Shown here: positions 30,058-41,969 of the stretch, in pieces
How the letters are laid out: each line of letters begins with the position of its first letter
Position numbering within the stretch: position 1 is the stretch's first letter
Assembly (NCBI GenBank): GCA_963796455.1
Contig: CAWCLO010000003.1
Location: 32,001-96,000, forward strand
Origin: Candidatus Sulfomarinibacteraceae bacterium
Lineage (GTDB): Bacteria; Acidobacteriota; Thermoanaerobaculia; Thermoanaerobaculales; Sulfomarinibacteraceae
Length of the DNA stretch: 64,000 nt
Direction of reading: 5' to 3'
The notes under the pieces: model-generated
The model's database searches: none
Told to the model about the DNA's origin: nothing
Seen by the model: only the letters and a program-made list of their open reading frames with translations
Program-made: the position numbers and the translations under genes

Positions 30058-31436
30058 ATGAAAAAGATCATCTTTGCAACCTGCCTGGTCGCCCTCCTGA
30101 CGGCCACACCGGCGTTGGCACAGGCCGATTTCTCCAATTACGTCGCCCTCGGCGACAGCTTGACCGCAGGCTTCGCCTCCGGGTCACTCATGAGCTGGTA
30201 CCAGATGCGGTCCTACCCGGCGATTCTTGCCCAGCAGGGGGAGCTCGACCTTCGAGATGCCATTGGTTTCTGAGCCCGGCTTTCCGCCGATTCTCGAATT
30301 GGTGAGCCTGCAGGGACCGATCATCGCGCCGGTCAGCCTGATTCCAGGTCTTCCGGCCAACGCCGAGTACCCGGGTATCTACAACAACCTCGGGATCCCC
30401 AGCCGCGACTCTCGAAGAGATGATCTTCCAGACCGGTGACATCGGCAATCTGATCCAGGGAAATTTTGATACCGTGATGTTCGATATCGTACTGCGAAAC
30501 GGCATCAGCACCGCACTCGAGCAGGCGATCGTCGCGCAACCGACATTTTTGACCGTCTGGATCGGCAACAACGACATCCTCCCTGCGGGTCTCGCGGCGA
30601 CTCCGATTGACGGCATCACCATGACCCCGGTCGATGTCTTTGCCGCGCTTTATAACAATGCGATCGGTGTGCTGGCGACAAATACCGATGCCGAGATCGT
30701 GCTCATCAACATCCCCGATCGACTCCCCTTCTTTACGACCGTGCCGCCGCTGGTGGAGATACCGGGATTCGGCATCGTACCGCTGATGGCCGACACCGGC
30801 CCGCTCGGCCCCAACGACTGGGTCAATCTTTCGGCCGGCGCACTGATCAACGCGGGCTACGGCCTCCCGGGCGGTCCGCCACTGCCGGACAATCTCGATC
30901 TGTTCACCGGGGCACCCGGATACGTCCTGCGCGAAGCGGAGCAGGACATCATCGAAGACAGGATCGCCGAATACAACGCCGTCATCGCGGCTGCGGCCGA
31001 GACCTATGGCCTGGTGGTCGTCGACGCCAATGCGCTGTTCCGCTCCTGGGCTGGCGATAACCCACCCGAACTCGGAGGTATCACCCTGAACGCCGACTTC
31101 CTGACCGGGGGCATCTTCTCCTACGACGGGATCCACCTCCAGAACATCGGTCAGGCCCTGGTTGCCGACGAGATCATCCGCGTGATCAACACCGAGTTCG
31201 GCGCCCATATCCCACCGGTGGACTTGGTGACCACCCTCTATGAAGGCGACTGGCAGGACCCGGGCGTCGAACCGTATAAAATCGAGGATGTGACCTTTTC
31301 CGAGGAGGCCTTCGAGCAGCTGTACGAGCTCTTCAAACCGAAAACCACCCGTCAGCCGCGCGTCCGCCGGATCGAGGACAGACAACCCGCAGCACCCCAA
31401 CTCCAGACGCGGCGTCGACCGAACGGCACGCCCTGA
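30058..31436 (+). CDS. Secreted SGNH/GDSL lipase, two frameshifts (about 30240 and 30403)
   Basis: YVALGDSLTAG, YNNLGIP, WIGNND and FSYDGIH blocks fall in three successive frames; each junction is repaired by deleting one base. Confidence 0.82.
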
Positions 31437-31456
31437 GCTCATGTGCATCAGACAAC

Positions 31457-31487
31457 AAACCCGGGCTTCGGCCCGGGTTTTCTTTTT
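31457..31487 (+). terminator. Rho-independent terminator
   Basis: aaacccgggc-ttcg-gcccgggttt followed by tcttttt. Confidence 0.9.
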
Positions 31488-31554
31488 GCCGGTGCCTGGC
31501 ATCACGAGCACAACGCAATCGGATTCGGGCGGATTGAAAGCTGGGAGACGGAGT

Positions 31555-31628
31555 AACCGCAGATCACGCAGATGAACGCAGATCAACTCGGACTCGACAA
31601 TCTGCGCCTCTCTGCATTTTCTGCGGTT
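31555..31628. repeat. Inverted (CGCAGAT)3 miniature repeat element
   Basis: aaccgcagatcacgcagatgaacgcagat ... atctgcgcctctctgcattttctgcggtt. Confidence 0.75.
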
Positions 31629-31701
31629 GTTAGATTGGAGTGGGCGGGTGGTCTCTCGGGCCCCTTTTCTCCCTTTCTCCCTTTCTCCCTTTCTCCCTTT
31701 C

Positions 31702-32487
31702 TCAGTGAATGTACTCGTCGTCCTTGCCGCCATCGATCACATCGAATTTGCGTTTTTTCTTCAGACGATCGAGGCGCTTTTGCAGGACAAAGGCCTCGGC
31801 CCTCTTGCGCCAGGTGTGCGCGACCTTACCGGCGCCACCCCGCTGAAAACCGGTGTAGGTCAGGAACACGGCACCGCAGATCCCACAAAACCCTGCAAAA
31901 TCTTTGCTCTCCAGGAATCCGATGAAGGCGAAAAGGATCTCGAGCCACAAAAACCATCGTGCTTTGATTGGCAGCACGAAGAAGAGCAGAATCGTCGCAT
32001 CGCCCCACAGGGTGGCAAAGGCGGCGATGATGATAGCGAGCAGAATCTGCTGTCCCTGCATGAGTTGAAACGCACCCGGTCCTGCTCCGGCGAAACCCGG
32101 CAAGATTCATCACCAGCTGCACCACCACGGCGATCACGGCGGCCCCGATCGTCCCTCGGGCCAACATCAGCCAGAAACGCTTTCGTCCGATCCTCCAGAA
32201 CACGTCGCGGCCAAACCAGAACAGGATCAGCAGTGCCAGGAGAAACCAGATTCCTGAGGCGCCCCAGCCGACAAAGGGATAGGTCAAGGGCTGCCACACA
32301 AATCCGCGAAAGACGTCCTGGGTCAGGCGAAGACCACCGGGATGATCGCGGTGCTTTGAAAGAACTGGAGCGAGAAGGTGACAAAGAGCGCGGCCAGGAT
32401 CCCGATCACATCCTTCGAAACCGGCATTCCCGAGCCTCCGATGCCGCCAAATCCGCTGCCACTTTGTTGTGTCGGTCGGTAGATCAA
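31702..32487 (-). CDS. Rhomboid-like membrane protein, two frameshifts (about 32330 and 32095)
   Basis: ggaggaata-TTG start; VWQPLTYPF, LFWFGRDV and ILLFFVLPIKARW segments lie in three frames; no catalytic GxSG seen. Confidence 0.65.
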
Positions 32488-32533
32488 TATTCCTCCGGCT
32501 GTGAATGGTAGCAGGCGCGTGGAAGGTTCAATA

Positions 32534-32945
32534 GGGAAAGGGAGAAAGGGGGCATGGGAGAAAGGGAGATCGGCCGGACGGTGGATGCTGGATTCCCAAA
32601 CCCCATGGCAGAGGGGCAGAGGTGCAAGGGGGCAAGGGAGAACCGTTCGGCACCGGTTTCGCACGTATGCGAGTGTCGCCCCCCGAATGTCATCCTGAGC
32701 GGAGCGCCTTCGGCGCGTAGTCGAGACCGTTCGACTCGCGTTGCTCGCTCAGGCAGGATCTGCGGAACCGAAAGTTGTTCCGTTCATCTCATAGATCCTT
32801 CGACTGCGCCCCTGTGGGGGCTCCGCTCAGGATGACATCGGGAAGCGACGTTCCCATTCAGGAGAGATCGATGCCGAGAGATTCTCCCTTTCTCCCTTTC
32901 CCCCTTTCTCCCTTTCGGGAGCGGGTGCGGGTGCGGGTGCGGATA
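32534..32945. repeat. REP-like palindrome copy 2 (32687-32838) inside extended inverted arms with octamer tails
   Basis: atgtcatcctgagcggag...ctccgctcaggatgacat; flanks gggagaaccgttcggcaccggtttc...gtcgcccccc and cgggaagcgac...ttctccctttctccc resemble the 25728-25800 flank. Confidence 0.8.
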
Positions 32946-33031
32946 GGGTGGACTGGCGATTTACCTGTCCCCGTTTCTCCCCTGCGCCTCTGCTCCTCTG
33001 CTCCTCGAAAAACCCTCGCCAAATCGAGAAT

Positions 33032-33124
33032 TTCCTGAATATTCGGGAATATGACAACAATATACTCAGGTTTACGTAATTACCCGCGTCAGGGCCTTGA
33101 CCTGACGGGTACCGGGCCGCATCT
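33032..33124 (+). promoter_or_regulatory. lon promoter region: near-perfect palindrome and heat-shock-like promoter
   Basis: ttcctgaatattcgggaa (33032-33049); TATACT at 33061; CTTGAC, 15 nt, CCGCATCT (33096-33124). Confidence 0.45.
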
Positions 33125-33166
33125 TGAAACAACGCGGTGGCAAGAAACACCGCAGGAGGATAAAAC

Positions 33167-35623
33167 ATGACCAACGTCACCACCTTGCCCGTGATACCGC
33201 TTCGCGAGGCAGTGCTCTTCCCCGAAGTCACCTCGCCCATCGCGGCCGGTCGCCCGGGGACCCTTCGCGCCATCGAGGCCGCTCTGCGAACCGAAGACAA
33301 ACAGATCTTTGTTGTTTCCCAACGGGAAAACCTCGAGGACGTCACACCGGAGATTCTCTACACCATGGGCACGGTCGCGACGATCGGCCCGGTCCAGCGC
33401 GGGCCATCGGGTATGCGCCTGTTGCTCAACGGCGACTACCGGGCCGTGGCGGTTCGTTATGAGGAGCAGGACGAATACCTGGTAGCAGCGATCCACGAAG
33501 CCGAAGAAATGCCGCCGATCGATGTCGAGGCTCCAACCTTCACCGCGCTCTATCGCGAGACCCGCGAACGGGCCGCCGAACTCGGCCGCCGCGCCGGCAT
33601 GCCAAAGGAAGCGGTGCAGCAGTTTCTCGCCGAAACGACCGAGCCTGGTCGGTTCGCCGATCTGGTGGCCGGCCATCTCGATCTCAAACCCGGCGAGGCG
33701 CAACGACTGCTCGAGGCGCTGTCGGTTGAAGACCGGTTGCGTTCGGTCCTACTTCACATCCAACGCCAGGTTTCCGTGCTCGACGCCCAGGAAGACATCA
33801 AGAGCCAGGTTCAGGAAGAGCTTGGTGACCGGCAACGCGAGATGTTCCTGCGCCAGCAGCTCAAAGCCATCCAGAAGGAACTCGGTGAGGACGGCGGCCG
33901 CGAAGATCTCGAGGAGCTGCGCGAAAAAATCGAGGCCCTCGTACTTCCTGAAGCGGCGCGCAAGGAAGTCGACCGCGAGCTCAACCGTCTCGAGCGGATG
34001 GGGCCCGAAGGCATGGAGGCCCAGGTCATTCGCACCTATCTCGAGACCATCTGCGAGTTGCCGTGGACCGAGCGTTCCGAAGAACGCCTCGATGTCCAGG
34101 CGGCATCGGCAATCCTCGAAGAGGATCACTACGCCCTCGGCGACGTCAAAGACCGGATTCTGGAATTCCTCTCGGTTCGAGTCCTGCAGCAGCGCTCGGA
34201 AGAACTGCTCGAAAACAACGAGAAGGAAGTCGAGAAAGAGGCACCCACGTCGATCCACGACACGGTCGGCCGCAACCCGATTCTGCTTTTTGCCGGCCCT
34301 CCGGGAGTCGGGAAGACCTCGGTCGCCAAATCGATCGCCCGTGCAATGGGTCGTGAATACGTCAGGATCTCGCTCGGTGGAGTCCGCGACGAGGCTGACG
34401 TGCGTGGTCACCGACGGACCTATGTCGGTGCGATGCCGGGCCGGATCATCCAGGGCATGAAGCAAGCCGGATCCAAAAACCCGGTCTTCTTGCTCGACGA
34501 AGTGGACAAGCTCGGCGCCTCCTATCAGGGTGATCCCGGTGCAGCATTGCTCGAGGTTCTCGACCCGGCGCAGAACGACACCTTCACCGACCACTATCTG
34601 GGAGTGCCCTTCGATCTGTCGGAGGTTCAGTTCATCTGCACCGCCAATTTCCTCCAGAACATCCCGGGTCCGCTCCAGGACCGGATGGAGGTTGTGGATT
34701 TCGCCGGCTACACCGAAGCGGAAAAGCTCGAGATCGCAAAACGATATCTGACGCCAAGGCAGGTCAAACAGACCGGTCTCTCGGATGAGCAGATCACCAT
34801 CAACGACGAGGCCGTGAGCGCGGTCATCAGCCGCTACACTCGCGAGTCGGGCGTTCGCCAACTCGAGCGCGAGATCGGCCGGCTGGCACGCAAGGTGGCG
34901 CGCAAGATCGCCGCTGAGGAACTGGCCGCGATGGACATCGGTGCCGATGAGGTCGCCGAACTTCTCGGTCGGCCCAAGGTTCACCCCGAGGAGGCAGCCG
35001 ATGCCGACCAGGTCGGGGTGGCCACGGGGATGTTCTATACACCGGTGGGTGGCGACATCATGTTTGTCGAGACCTCGCCGATGCCCGGCAAGGGGAACCT
35101 CGTCCTCACCGGCCAGTTGGGCGATGTGATGAAGGAGTCGGCGCAGGCCGCGTGGACCTACGCCAAGGCCCATGCCGACGAGCTCTACATTCCGTCCGAC
35201 GCTTTCAAGCAGGATGTTCACATCCACGTTCCCGCGGGCGCGATTCCAAAGGACGGCCCCTCTGCAGGCGTCACGATGGCAACCGCACTGGTTTCGGCCC
35301 TCTCCGGACGCCCGGCCCGCCACGATGTCTCGATGACCGGCGAGATCACCCTCTCCGGGCGCGTCCTGCCGATCGGCGGCCTCAAGGAGAAGGTGCTCGG
35401 TGCGGTTCGTGCCGGAATCACGACGGTGGTCCTGCCCAAAGCCAATGAATCCGACCTTGAGGATCTGCCCGAAGAGATCCGGAAAGGCCTCAAGTTTCAC
35501 ATGGTGGAGGAACTCGGTGAGGCGCTGGCCCATACCCTCCGTGGCGGAGTGTACCGTGAAGGACGACTCCAGTTCACCGGCTCATTGCCGAAGAAAGCTG
35601 GAGGTCGCAACCTCCAACACTGA
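33167..35623 (+). CDS. lon: ATP-dependent protease La
   Basis: LPVIPLR N-domain, [23 protein letters not shown] catalytic Ser, IGGLKEK. Confidence 0.97.
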   Translation: MTNVTTLPVIPLREAVLFPEVTSPIAAGRPGTLRAIEAALRTEDKQIFVVSQRENLEDVTPEILYTMGTVATIGPVQRGPSGMRLLLNGDYRAVAVRYEEQDEYLVAAIHEAEEMPPIDVEAPTFTALYRETRERAAELGRRAGMPKEAVQQFLAETTEPGRFADLVAGHLDLKPGEAQRLLEALSVEDRLRSVLLHIQRQVSVLDAQEDIKSQVQEELGDRQREMFLRQQLKAIQKELGEDGGREDLEELREKIEALVLPEAARKEVDRELNRLERMGPEGMEAQVIRTYLETICELPWTERSEERLDVQAASAILEEDHYALGDVKDRILEFLSVRVLQQRSEELLENNEKEVEKEAPTSIHDTVGRNPILLFAGPPGVGKTSVAKSIARAMGREYVRISLGGVRDEADVRGHRRTYVGAMPGRIIQGMKQAGSKNPVFLLDEVDKLGASYQGDPGAALLEVLDPAQNDTFTDHYLGVPFDLSEVQFICTANFLQNIPGPLQDRMEVVDFAGYTEAEKLEIAKRYLTPRQVKQTGLSDEQITINDEAVSAVISRYTRESGVRQLEREIGRLARKVARKIAAEELAAMDIGADEVAELLGRPKVHPEEAADADQVGVATGMFYTPVGGDIMFVETSPMPGKGNLVLTGQLGDVMKESAQAAWTYAKAHADELYIPSDAFKQDVHIHVPAGAIPKDGPSAGVTMATALVSALSGRPARHDVSMTGEITLSGRVLPIGGLKEKVLGAVRAGITTVVLPKANESDLEDLPEEIRKGLKFHMVEELGEALAHTLRGGVYREGRLQFTGSLPKKAGGRNLQH

Positions 35624-35629
35624 CCGGTT

Positions 35630-35716
35630 ATACGAATCGCTATGGGGATCGCTCTCGATGATTTCCCGTCAAAGTGAAACCATTCGATAGCGATTCCGGT
35701 GGCGGGAGCGATGGCC
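35630..35716. repeat. Inverted hexamer arrays (ATCGCT)n ... (AGCGAT)n
   Basis: acgaatcgctatggggatcgctctcgat ... tcgatagcgattccggtggcgggagcgat; same family at 56117-56213 and 59714-59801. Confidence 0.65.
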
Positions 35717-35826
35717 AGTGACTGGCTAGCGCAACGGTCACTCCTGGTGACGAATCCTCGATCGACAGTGCCCTGGGGCAGCGCCGGTTCGACAACCGGC
35801 GTTGCATCTCCGTCTATAGTTGGATG

Positions 35827-37752
35827 ATGGCTCTCACCGAGGGAATGTCTTCCTCTGCCCAACGAGTCCGCTCAGGCCGCACCGAAATCGTGGCCGGTAT
35901 CGGCCTCATTCTCGTGCTGTCCTTCATCACGCTCCGCGGGATCTACCTGCCGCTCGGCCCGCCCGGGATCGACCCGGGTTGGCAGTGGGCCGTGAATCAG
36001 GCAGCCCAATCGGGTCAGATCTTCGGACGCGACATCGTTTTCACCTATGGACCGCTGGCCTTCCTCGCCGTCCCAATGGATTTTTCGAACAATCTCGTCC
36101 TCGGAAACATCTTTCTGATCATCGTCCAGATCGCCTTTGCCGCAGCTCTCATCGGTCTGTTTCTCCGCACCCGGAGCCTCGTGTCACTTGCGGCCTTTGC
36201 GGTTCTTTATCTCGTCGCCGATCACCAGGGCCTTGCGCTCGAGGCTTTTTTCCTGATTGTGGTGGCGCTGCTCGCCCTCGACGCCGTCGCTTCCGACCGG
36301 CTGTTGCCCGTTGCCACGGCCTCCGTGTTGAGCGGCATGCTGCTCTTCACCAAAATCACCCTCGGCGTCGGAGCGACCGTCATTCTCCTGGCTTCGCTTG
36401 CCGTCTCGAAGCTGCTGCTCAAGCGCTCAGCGCGCTTTGCCGTCGGTCTTATCCCACTCCCTCTGGTCATCGCCGCTGTGGCACTGCTCTCATTCGACTC
36501 TCCCGCGAGTTTTTTCAACTGGCTGGTCCTCTCCGCCGATATCATCTCCGGCTACAGTTCGGCCAACAGCATCATCGGCGCGAGTTCGGAGCTCGTCGCG
36601 GGAGCGTCGATGGTCGCCGCCTGGATGCTGGCAATGATCCTGATTCGTTCGAACCGGCCGCTTTTTGTTTTCATGATCGTCCTGACACCCCTGGTACTGA
36701 TCCAGTTCCGGCTCGGGTTTGTTCGTCAGGACACCCACCAATATCATTTCGTGCCCTTTATGCTCGCCGTGATCGCACTGTCGATACTCTTTTCCAACCG
36801 GCCCCGGAAAATCTGGGTTCATCTGGGTGCCTATGCCGCGGTTCTGGCACTGGGATCGTCGACCCTCCTCGTCGAACCCATGAAACAGGGTTTTGTTCAT
36901 TCGGAGCTCATGAGCGGGGGACGGGGCGCAACTGCCGTGGCGAGTTTGATCCACCTCGACCAGACCCGCCGCAACCTCGCCATTCTGAGTGAGCGGAATC
37001 TCGAAGCCCTGCGGCTCAGCGACGCGTGGCTCCCCGTACTCAAGGATTCCAAAAACGGCGTCGGTACCTTGCCTTGGGAAATTCAGTACTCCCCGGCAAA
37101 CGACCTGACCTGGAACCCGACACCAACTCTTCAAATCTATTCCGCCTACACCAGGCGTCTCGACGACTGGACCGCCGCCCACTATCGTGGGGAGAATGCC
37201 CCGCAATTCATCATCAACCAGTTTGCTGCCGTGGGAACCCGGCGACAGCTCTTTGACGCACCCGCCACCTGGCGGACTCTTTTCGTCAACTATCGTCTGC
37301 GGTCGGCGGTCATGGGCTTCGAACCGCTCCTTCTCCTGGAACGCAGAACCGAAGAGAGAGAATTCTCATATGCCGAAGTCCAACGGGACACCATCCGGCT
37401 CGAGGAGACCGGAGTTGAAGTTCCACGATCCGACGCCCTGGTCTTTGCCGAGATCGATCTCCGCCCGAATCTGGTTGGAAGGATGCAAAAATCGTTTTTC
37501 CGGGTCCCGCTGATCTTCGCAATCATGACCCACGCGTCCGGTCACGTCTCACACTTTCGGTTGATACCGGGAACTTCTGACAACGGCGTTTTGATTAACC
37601 GATTTCCACGCGATTTTCGTGGTTATCGTCGCCTCTGGCAGGATGTTCCCGACGATCCCGTCATCCGCCTCGCTCTCACCGGACCGGGCACGGCCTTTTT
37701 CCACAGCGAGGCCGAAATCGTCTGGCGAGAGCTTCTTTTCGACTCTCAATAG
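35827..37752 (+). CDS. Polytopic membrane protein with a C-terminal extracytoplasmic domain (possibly GT-C-like)
   Basis: About 11 TM helices; IDPGWQWA...FGRDIVFTYGPL first-loop motif. Confidence 0.7.
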   Translation: MALTEGMSSSAQRVRSGRTEIVAGIGLILVLSFITLRGIYLPLGPPGIDPGWQWAVNQAAQSGQIFGRDIVFTYGPLAFLAVPMDFSNNLVLGNIFLIIVQIAFAAALIGLFLRTRSLVSLAAFAVLYLVADHQGLALEAFFLIVVALLALDAVASDRLLPVATASVLSGMLLFTKITLGVGATVILLASLAVSKLLLKRSARFAVGLIPLPLVIAAVALLSFDSPASFFNWLVLSADIISGYSSANSIIGASSELVAGASMVAAWMLAMILIRSNRPLFVFMIVLTPLVLIQFRLGFVRQDTHQYHFVPFMLAVIALSILFSNRPRKIWVHLGAYAAVLALGSSTLLVEPMKQGFVHSELMSGGRGATAVASLIHLDQTRRNLAILSERNLEALRLSDAWLPVLKDSKNGVGTLPWEIQYSPANDLTWNPTPTLQIYSAYTRRLDDWTAAHYRGENAPQFIINQFAAVGTRRQLFDAPATWRTLFVNYRLRSAVMGFEPLLLLERRTEEREFSYAEVQRDTIRLEETGVEVPRSDALVFAEIDLRPNLVGRMQKSFFRVPLIFAIMTHASGHVSHFRLIPGTSDNGVLINRFPRDFRGYRRLWQDVPDDPVIRLALTGPGTAFFHSEAEIVWRELLFDSQ

Positions 37753-37776
37753 CGAAAATTTTCCTCAGCCATTCAA

Positions 37777-37800
37777 AATCTGGAATTTGTTTTCCAGATT
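37777..37800. promoter_or_regulatory. Candidate Rrf2 operator
   Basis: AATCTGGAA-N6-TTCCAGATT, perfect 9-bp inverted repeat 30 nt before the Rrf2 gene. Confidence 0.6.
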
Positions 37801-37830
37801 CGCTGTTGCCCGCTTCGAAGGAGCGGACGG

Positions 37831-38301
37831 GTGAGGATTTCCAAACACGAAGAATACGGCCTCCGTCTCGTGGCGCAACTCGCCGAACGAGACGACCAGG
37901 TCGCCATTCGAGAAATGGCCGACCATGAAGGCCTGCCGGAGACAACCGTCGCCAAGGTGGTGGCCAGGCTCCGGAATGCGGGGCTCGTGACCGCCGAACG
38001 GGGTCGCAACGGTGGATATTCGCTGGTCCTACCGGCTCACGAAATCACTCTCGCCGCGGTGGTGGAGGCATTCGGAAACGGTGTTTATGACGGGGACTTC
38101 TGTGCTCGCATGAGTTCCGGAGGCGACTGCGCCCACGATCGATCCTGCGGCCTTCGGCCGGTGTGGCACGGTCTCGGTGCCGTGATCGGAAATTTCCTCG
38201 CCGGAATGACCGTTGCAGACCTCGTTCGAGGCGATTTGAAAACTCATCGCCTCACTGACACAAAGGACAATTTGCCGGTAGTTGACAACTGCACCGGCTG
38301 A
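37831..38301 (+). CDS. Rrf2-family transcriptional regulator (IscR/SufR-like)
   Basis: [19 protein letters not shown], three Cys (C-x8-C-x5-C). Confidence 0.92.
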   Translation: MRISKHEEYGLRLVAQLAERDDQVAIREMADHEGLPETTVAKVVARLRNAGLVTAERGRNGGYSLVLPAHEITLAAVVEAFGNGVYDGDFCARMSSGGDCAHDRSCGLRPVWHGLGAVIGNFLAGMTVADLVRGDLKTHRLTDTKDNLPVVDNCTG

Positions 38302-38354
38302 ATCGAAAGCTGACAGCGCGGTCCTGCCGACCGGGTTGCAGATCAGGGGCAAGC

Positions 38355-39800
<1,446 letters not shown>

Positions 39801-39879
39801 AAACCCCCGTCCGAATCCCCGTCTGTGAACGCGACCGATTCGGACGCGGATGCGGATGCGTACGAAATGAGGAGCAAAA

Positions 39880-40650
39880 ATGTCACTACTCAAAATGAAG
39901 AACCTCCACGTCTCGGTCGCTGGCACCGAGATTCTCAAAGGCATCGATCTCACGATCAACCCCGGTGAGGTCCACGCCATCATGGGACCGAACGGATCCG
40001 GCAAGAGCACTTTGGCGAACGTGCTCGCCGGTCGCGAAGAATACGAAGTGACCGCCGGCGAGGTCGTGTTTTCCGGTGAAGATCTACTCGACCTCGAGGC
40101 CGAGGAACGCGCCCACAAGGGCCTCTTTCTGGCTTTCCAATATCCGGTCGAGATCCCCGGCGTCGGCAACACCTATTTTCTCCGCACCGCCCTCAACGCG
40201 ATCCGCGCCAAAAGGGGTGAGGACGATATGGACGCTATGGATTTCCTGTCCCTGGCGCGCGAAAAGGCGGAGTTGGTCAAGCTCGATCCGAAGTTGCTCA
40301 AGCGACCTGTAAACGACGGTTTCTCCGGTGGCGAGAAAAAGCGCAATGAGATCTTTCACATGGCGGTGCTCGAACCACGCCTGGCGATCCTCGACGAGAC
40401 TGATTCCGGTCTTGACATCGATGCTCTGAAGACCGTAGCCGACGGAGTCAATTCCTTGCGAGATGACACACGGTCGTTTTTGGTCATCACCCATTACCAG
40501 AGACTGCTCAACTACATCGAACCGGATTTCGTGCATGTGCTCATGGACGGCCGGATCGTCCAGTCGGGTGGACGCGAGCTGGCGCTCAAACTCGAAGACC
40601 AGGGCTACGAGTGGCTCGAAGAGGCTCCGGTCCAGACGGCCGGCGTGTAA
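39880..40650 (+). CDS. sufC: Fe-S cluster assembly ATPase SufC
   Basis: GPNGSGKST, FSGGEKKRNE, LDETDSGLDID, ITHYQRLL. Confidence 0.98.
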   Translation: MSLLKMKNLHVSVAGTEILKGIDLTINPGEVHAIMGPNGSGKSTLANVLAGREEYEVTAGEVVFSGEDLLDLEAEERAHKGLFLAFQYPVEIPGVGNTYFLRTALNAIRAKRGEDDMDAMDFLSLAREKAELVKLDPKLLKRPVNDGFSGGEKKRNEIFHMAVLEPRLAILDETDSGLDIDALKTVADGVNSLRDDTRSFLVITHYQRLLNYIEPDFVHVLMDGRIVQSGGRELALKLEDQGYEWLEEAPVQTAGV

Positions 40651-40661
40651 CGGAGAATACC

Positions 40662-41969
40662 GTGACAACCTCGACAGCCCCATTTGCAGACGCCTTCGCT
40701 GCCGCGGCGCAAACACCCGCTCCCGGCGTGCTCGCCGAGTTGCGGAGCCGCGGCCGAAAGACCTTCACAGCCCTCGGGCTGCCCAACCGGCAGCAGGAGG
40801 AATGGCGTTTCACCCGCCTCAAGACCCTCACAGAGACCACGTTTGAAGCCCCCTCACCGGTCGCCTCGAGGGTCGATCTCGATCAGGTCATGCTTCCCGG
40901 AGCGCACCTCCTCGTTTTTGTCGACGGGGTCTACGATGACACCCTTTCCGATGTGACGAACCTGCCCGACGGTGTGGTAGTTACCAGCCTGGTGCTGGCC
41001 GCCGCATCCGGATCGGAAGTGATCGACCGCTACCTCGGATCGCTAGCCCCCCTCGAGGACCACGCCTTTGCGGCCCTCAACTCGGCCGTCTTTTCCGATG
41101 GTGCGGTGATCCACCTGCCTGCCGGCAGCCGGCTCGAAAGACCCATCCAGCTGATCAACGCAACCGGATCCGACGGCCGCCCGATTCTGGCGGCGCCGCG
41201 TATCCTCGTGGTCGCCGAGGAGAAATCCACTGCCACGATCGTCGAGACCCATTTCGCATCAAGGGGCCACGCCCTGAGTTGCCCTGTGACCGAGATCATC
41301 ATCGGCGAAGCCGCGCAGATCGAGCATGTGGTCCATACCGAGGGCGGTAAAAACAACAGTCATCTGGCGGTACGTCAGGTTCGACTGGCCGCCGACAGCC
41401 GCTACACCTCGCAGACGATCTCCCTGGATGGTGATCTGGTTCGCTCGGACATCGGGGTTTCGCTCGAGGGAGAAAATGCCGAAGCGGTTCTCGATGGTCT
41501 GTATCTCACCGACGACCGGCAACAGGCCGACACCCACCTCGTGATGCGTCACAAGGTTCCCAATTGCAATAGCCACCAGCTCTTCAAGGGAGTGCTCAGT
41601 GGACGTTCGCGGGCGGTTTTCAACGGGACCATCGTGGTCGATCAGGATGCGCAGAAAACCGATGCTAAACAATCCAACCGAAACCTTTTGTTATCCGACG
41701 ATGCGGTGGTCAATTCCAACCCACAACTCGAGATATTTGCCGACGATGTGCGCTGCACCCACGGTTCCACCGTCGGCCGTCTCGACGACGAAGCCATTTT
41801 CTACCTCCGGTCGCGCGGCATCGAGAAAGAGGCGGCACGGCGGATGCTGACCCTGGCCTTTGCCGGTGAAATTCTCGATCGGGTGACGATCGAGGCGCTA
41901 CGAAACCGTTTGCAGACGGAAATTGCCTCTCGCCTGGATGGCAGGTCCGCACCTGGAGGATCGGAGTGA
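40662..41969 (+). CDS. sufD: Fe-S cluster assembly protein SufD
   Basis: EEWRFT, AQKTDAKQ, PQLEIFADDVRCTHG, FYLRSRGI; start approximate. Confidence 0.95.
   Translation: MTTSTAPFADAFAAAAQTPAPGVLAELRSRGRKTFTALGLPNRQQEEWRFTRLKTLTETTFEAPSPVASRVDLDQVMLPGAHLLVFVDGVYDDTLSDVTNLPDGVVVTSLVLAAASGSEVIDRYLGSLAPLEDHAFAALNSAVFSDGAVIHLPAGSRLERPIQLINATGSDGRPILAAPRILVVAEEKSTATIVETHFASRGHALSCPVTEIIIGEAAQIEHVVHTEGGKNNSHLAVRQVRLAADSRYTSQTISLDGDLVRSDIGVSLEGENAEAVLDGLYLTDDRQQADTHLVMRHKVPNCNSHQLFKGVLSGRSRAVFNGTIVVDQDAQKTDAKQSNRNLLLSDDAVVNSNPQLEIFADDVRCTHGSTVGRLDDEAIFYLRSRGIEKEAARRMLTLAFAGEILDRVTIEALRNRLQTEIASRLDGRSAPGGSE

Noticed and set aside
33050..33070. HspR (HAIR) operator upstream of lon
   Set aside because: Only the right half-site resembles the consensus (ACTCAGG); the left half matches 3 of 7.
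33749..35533. 594-aa antisense ORF, and similar long ORFs opposite pepF, mtrC, mtrB, fadL and the radical SAM gene
   Set aside because: Shadow frames of well-supported genes, expected from high-GC codon bias.
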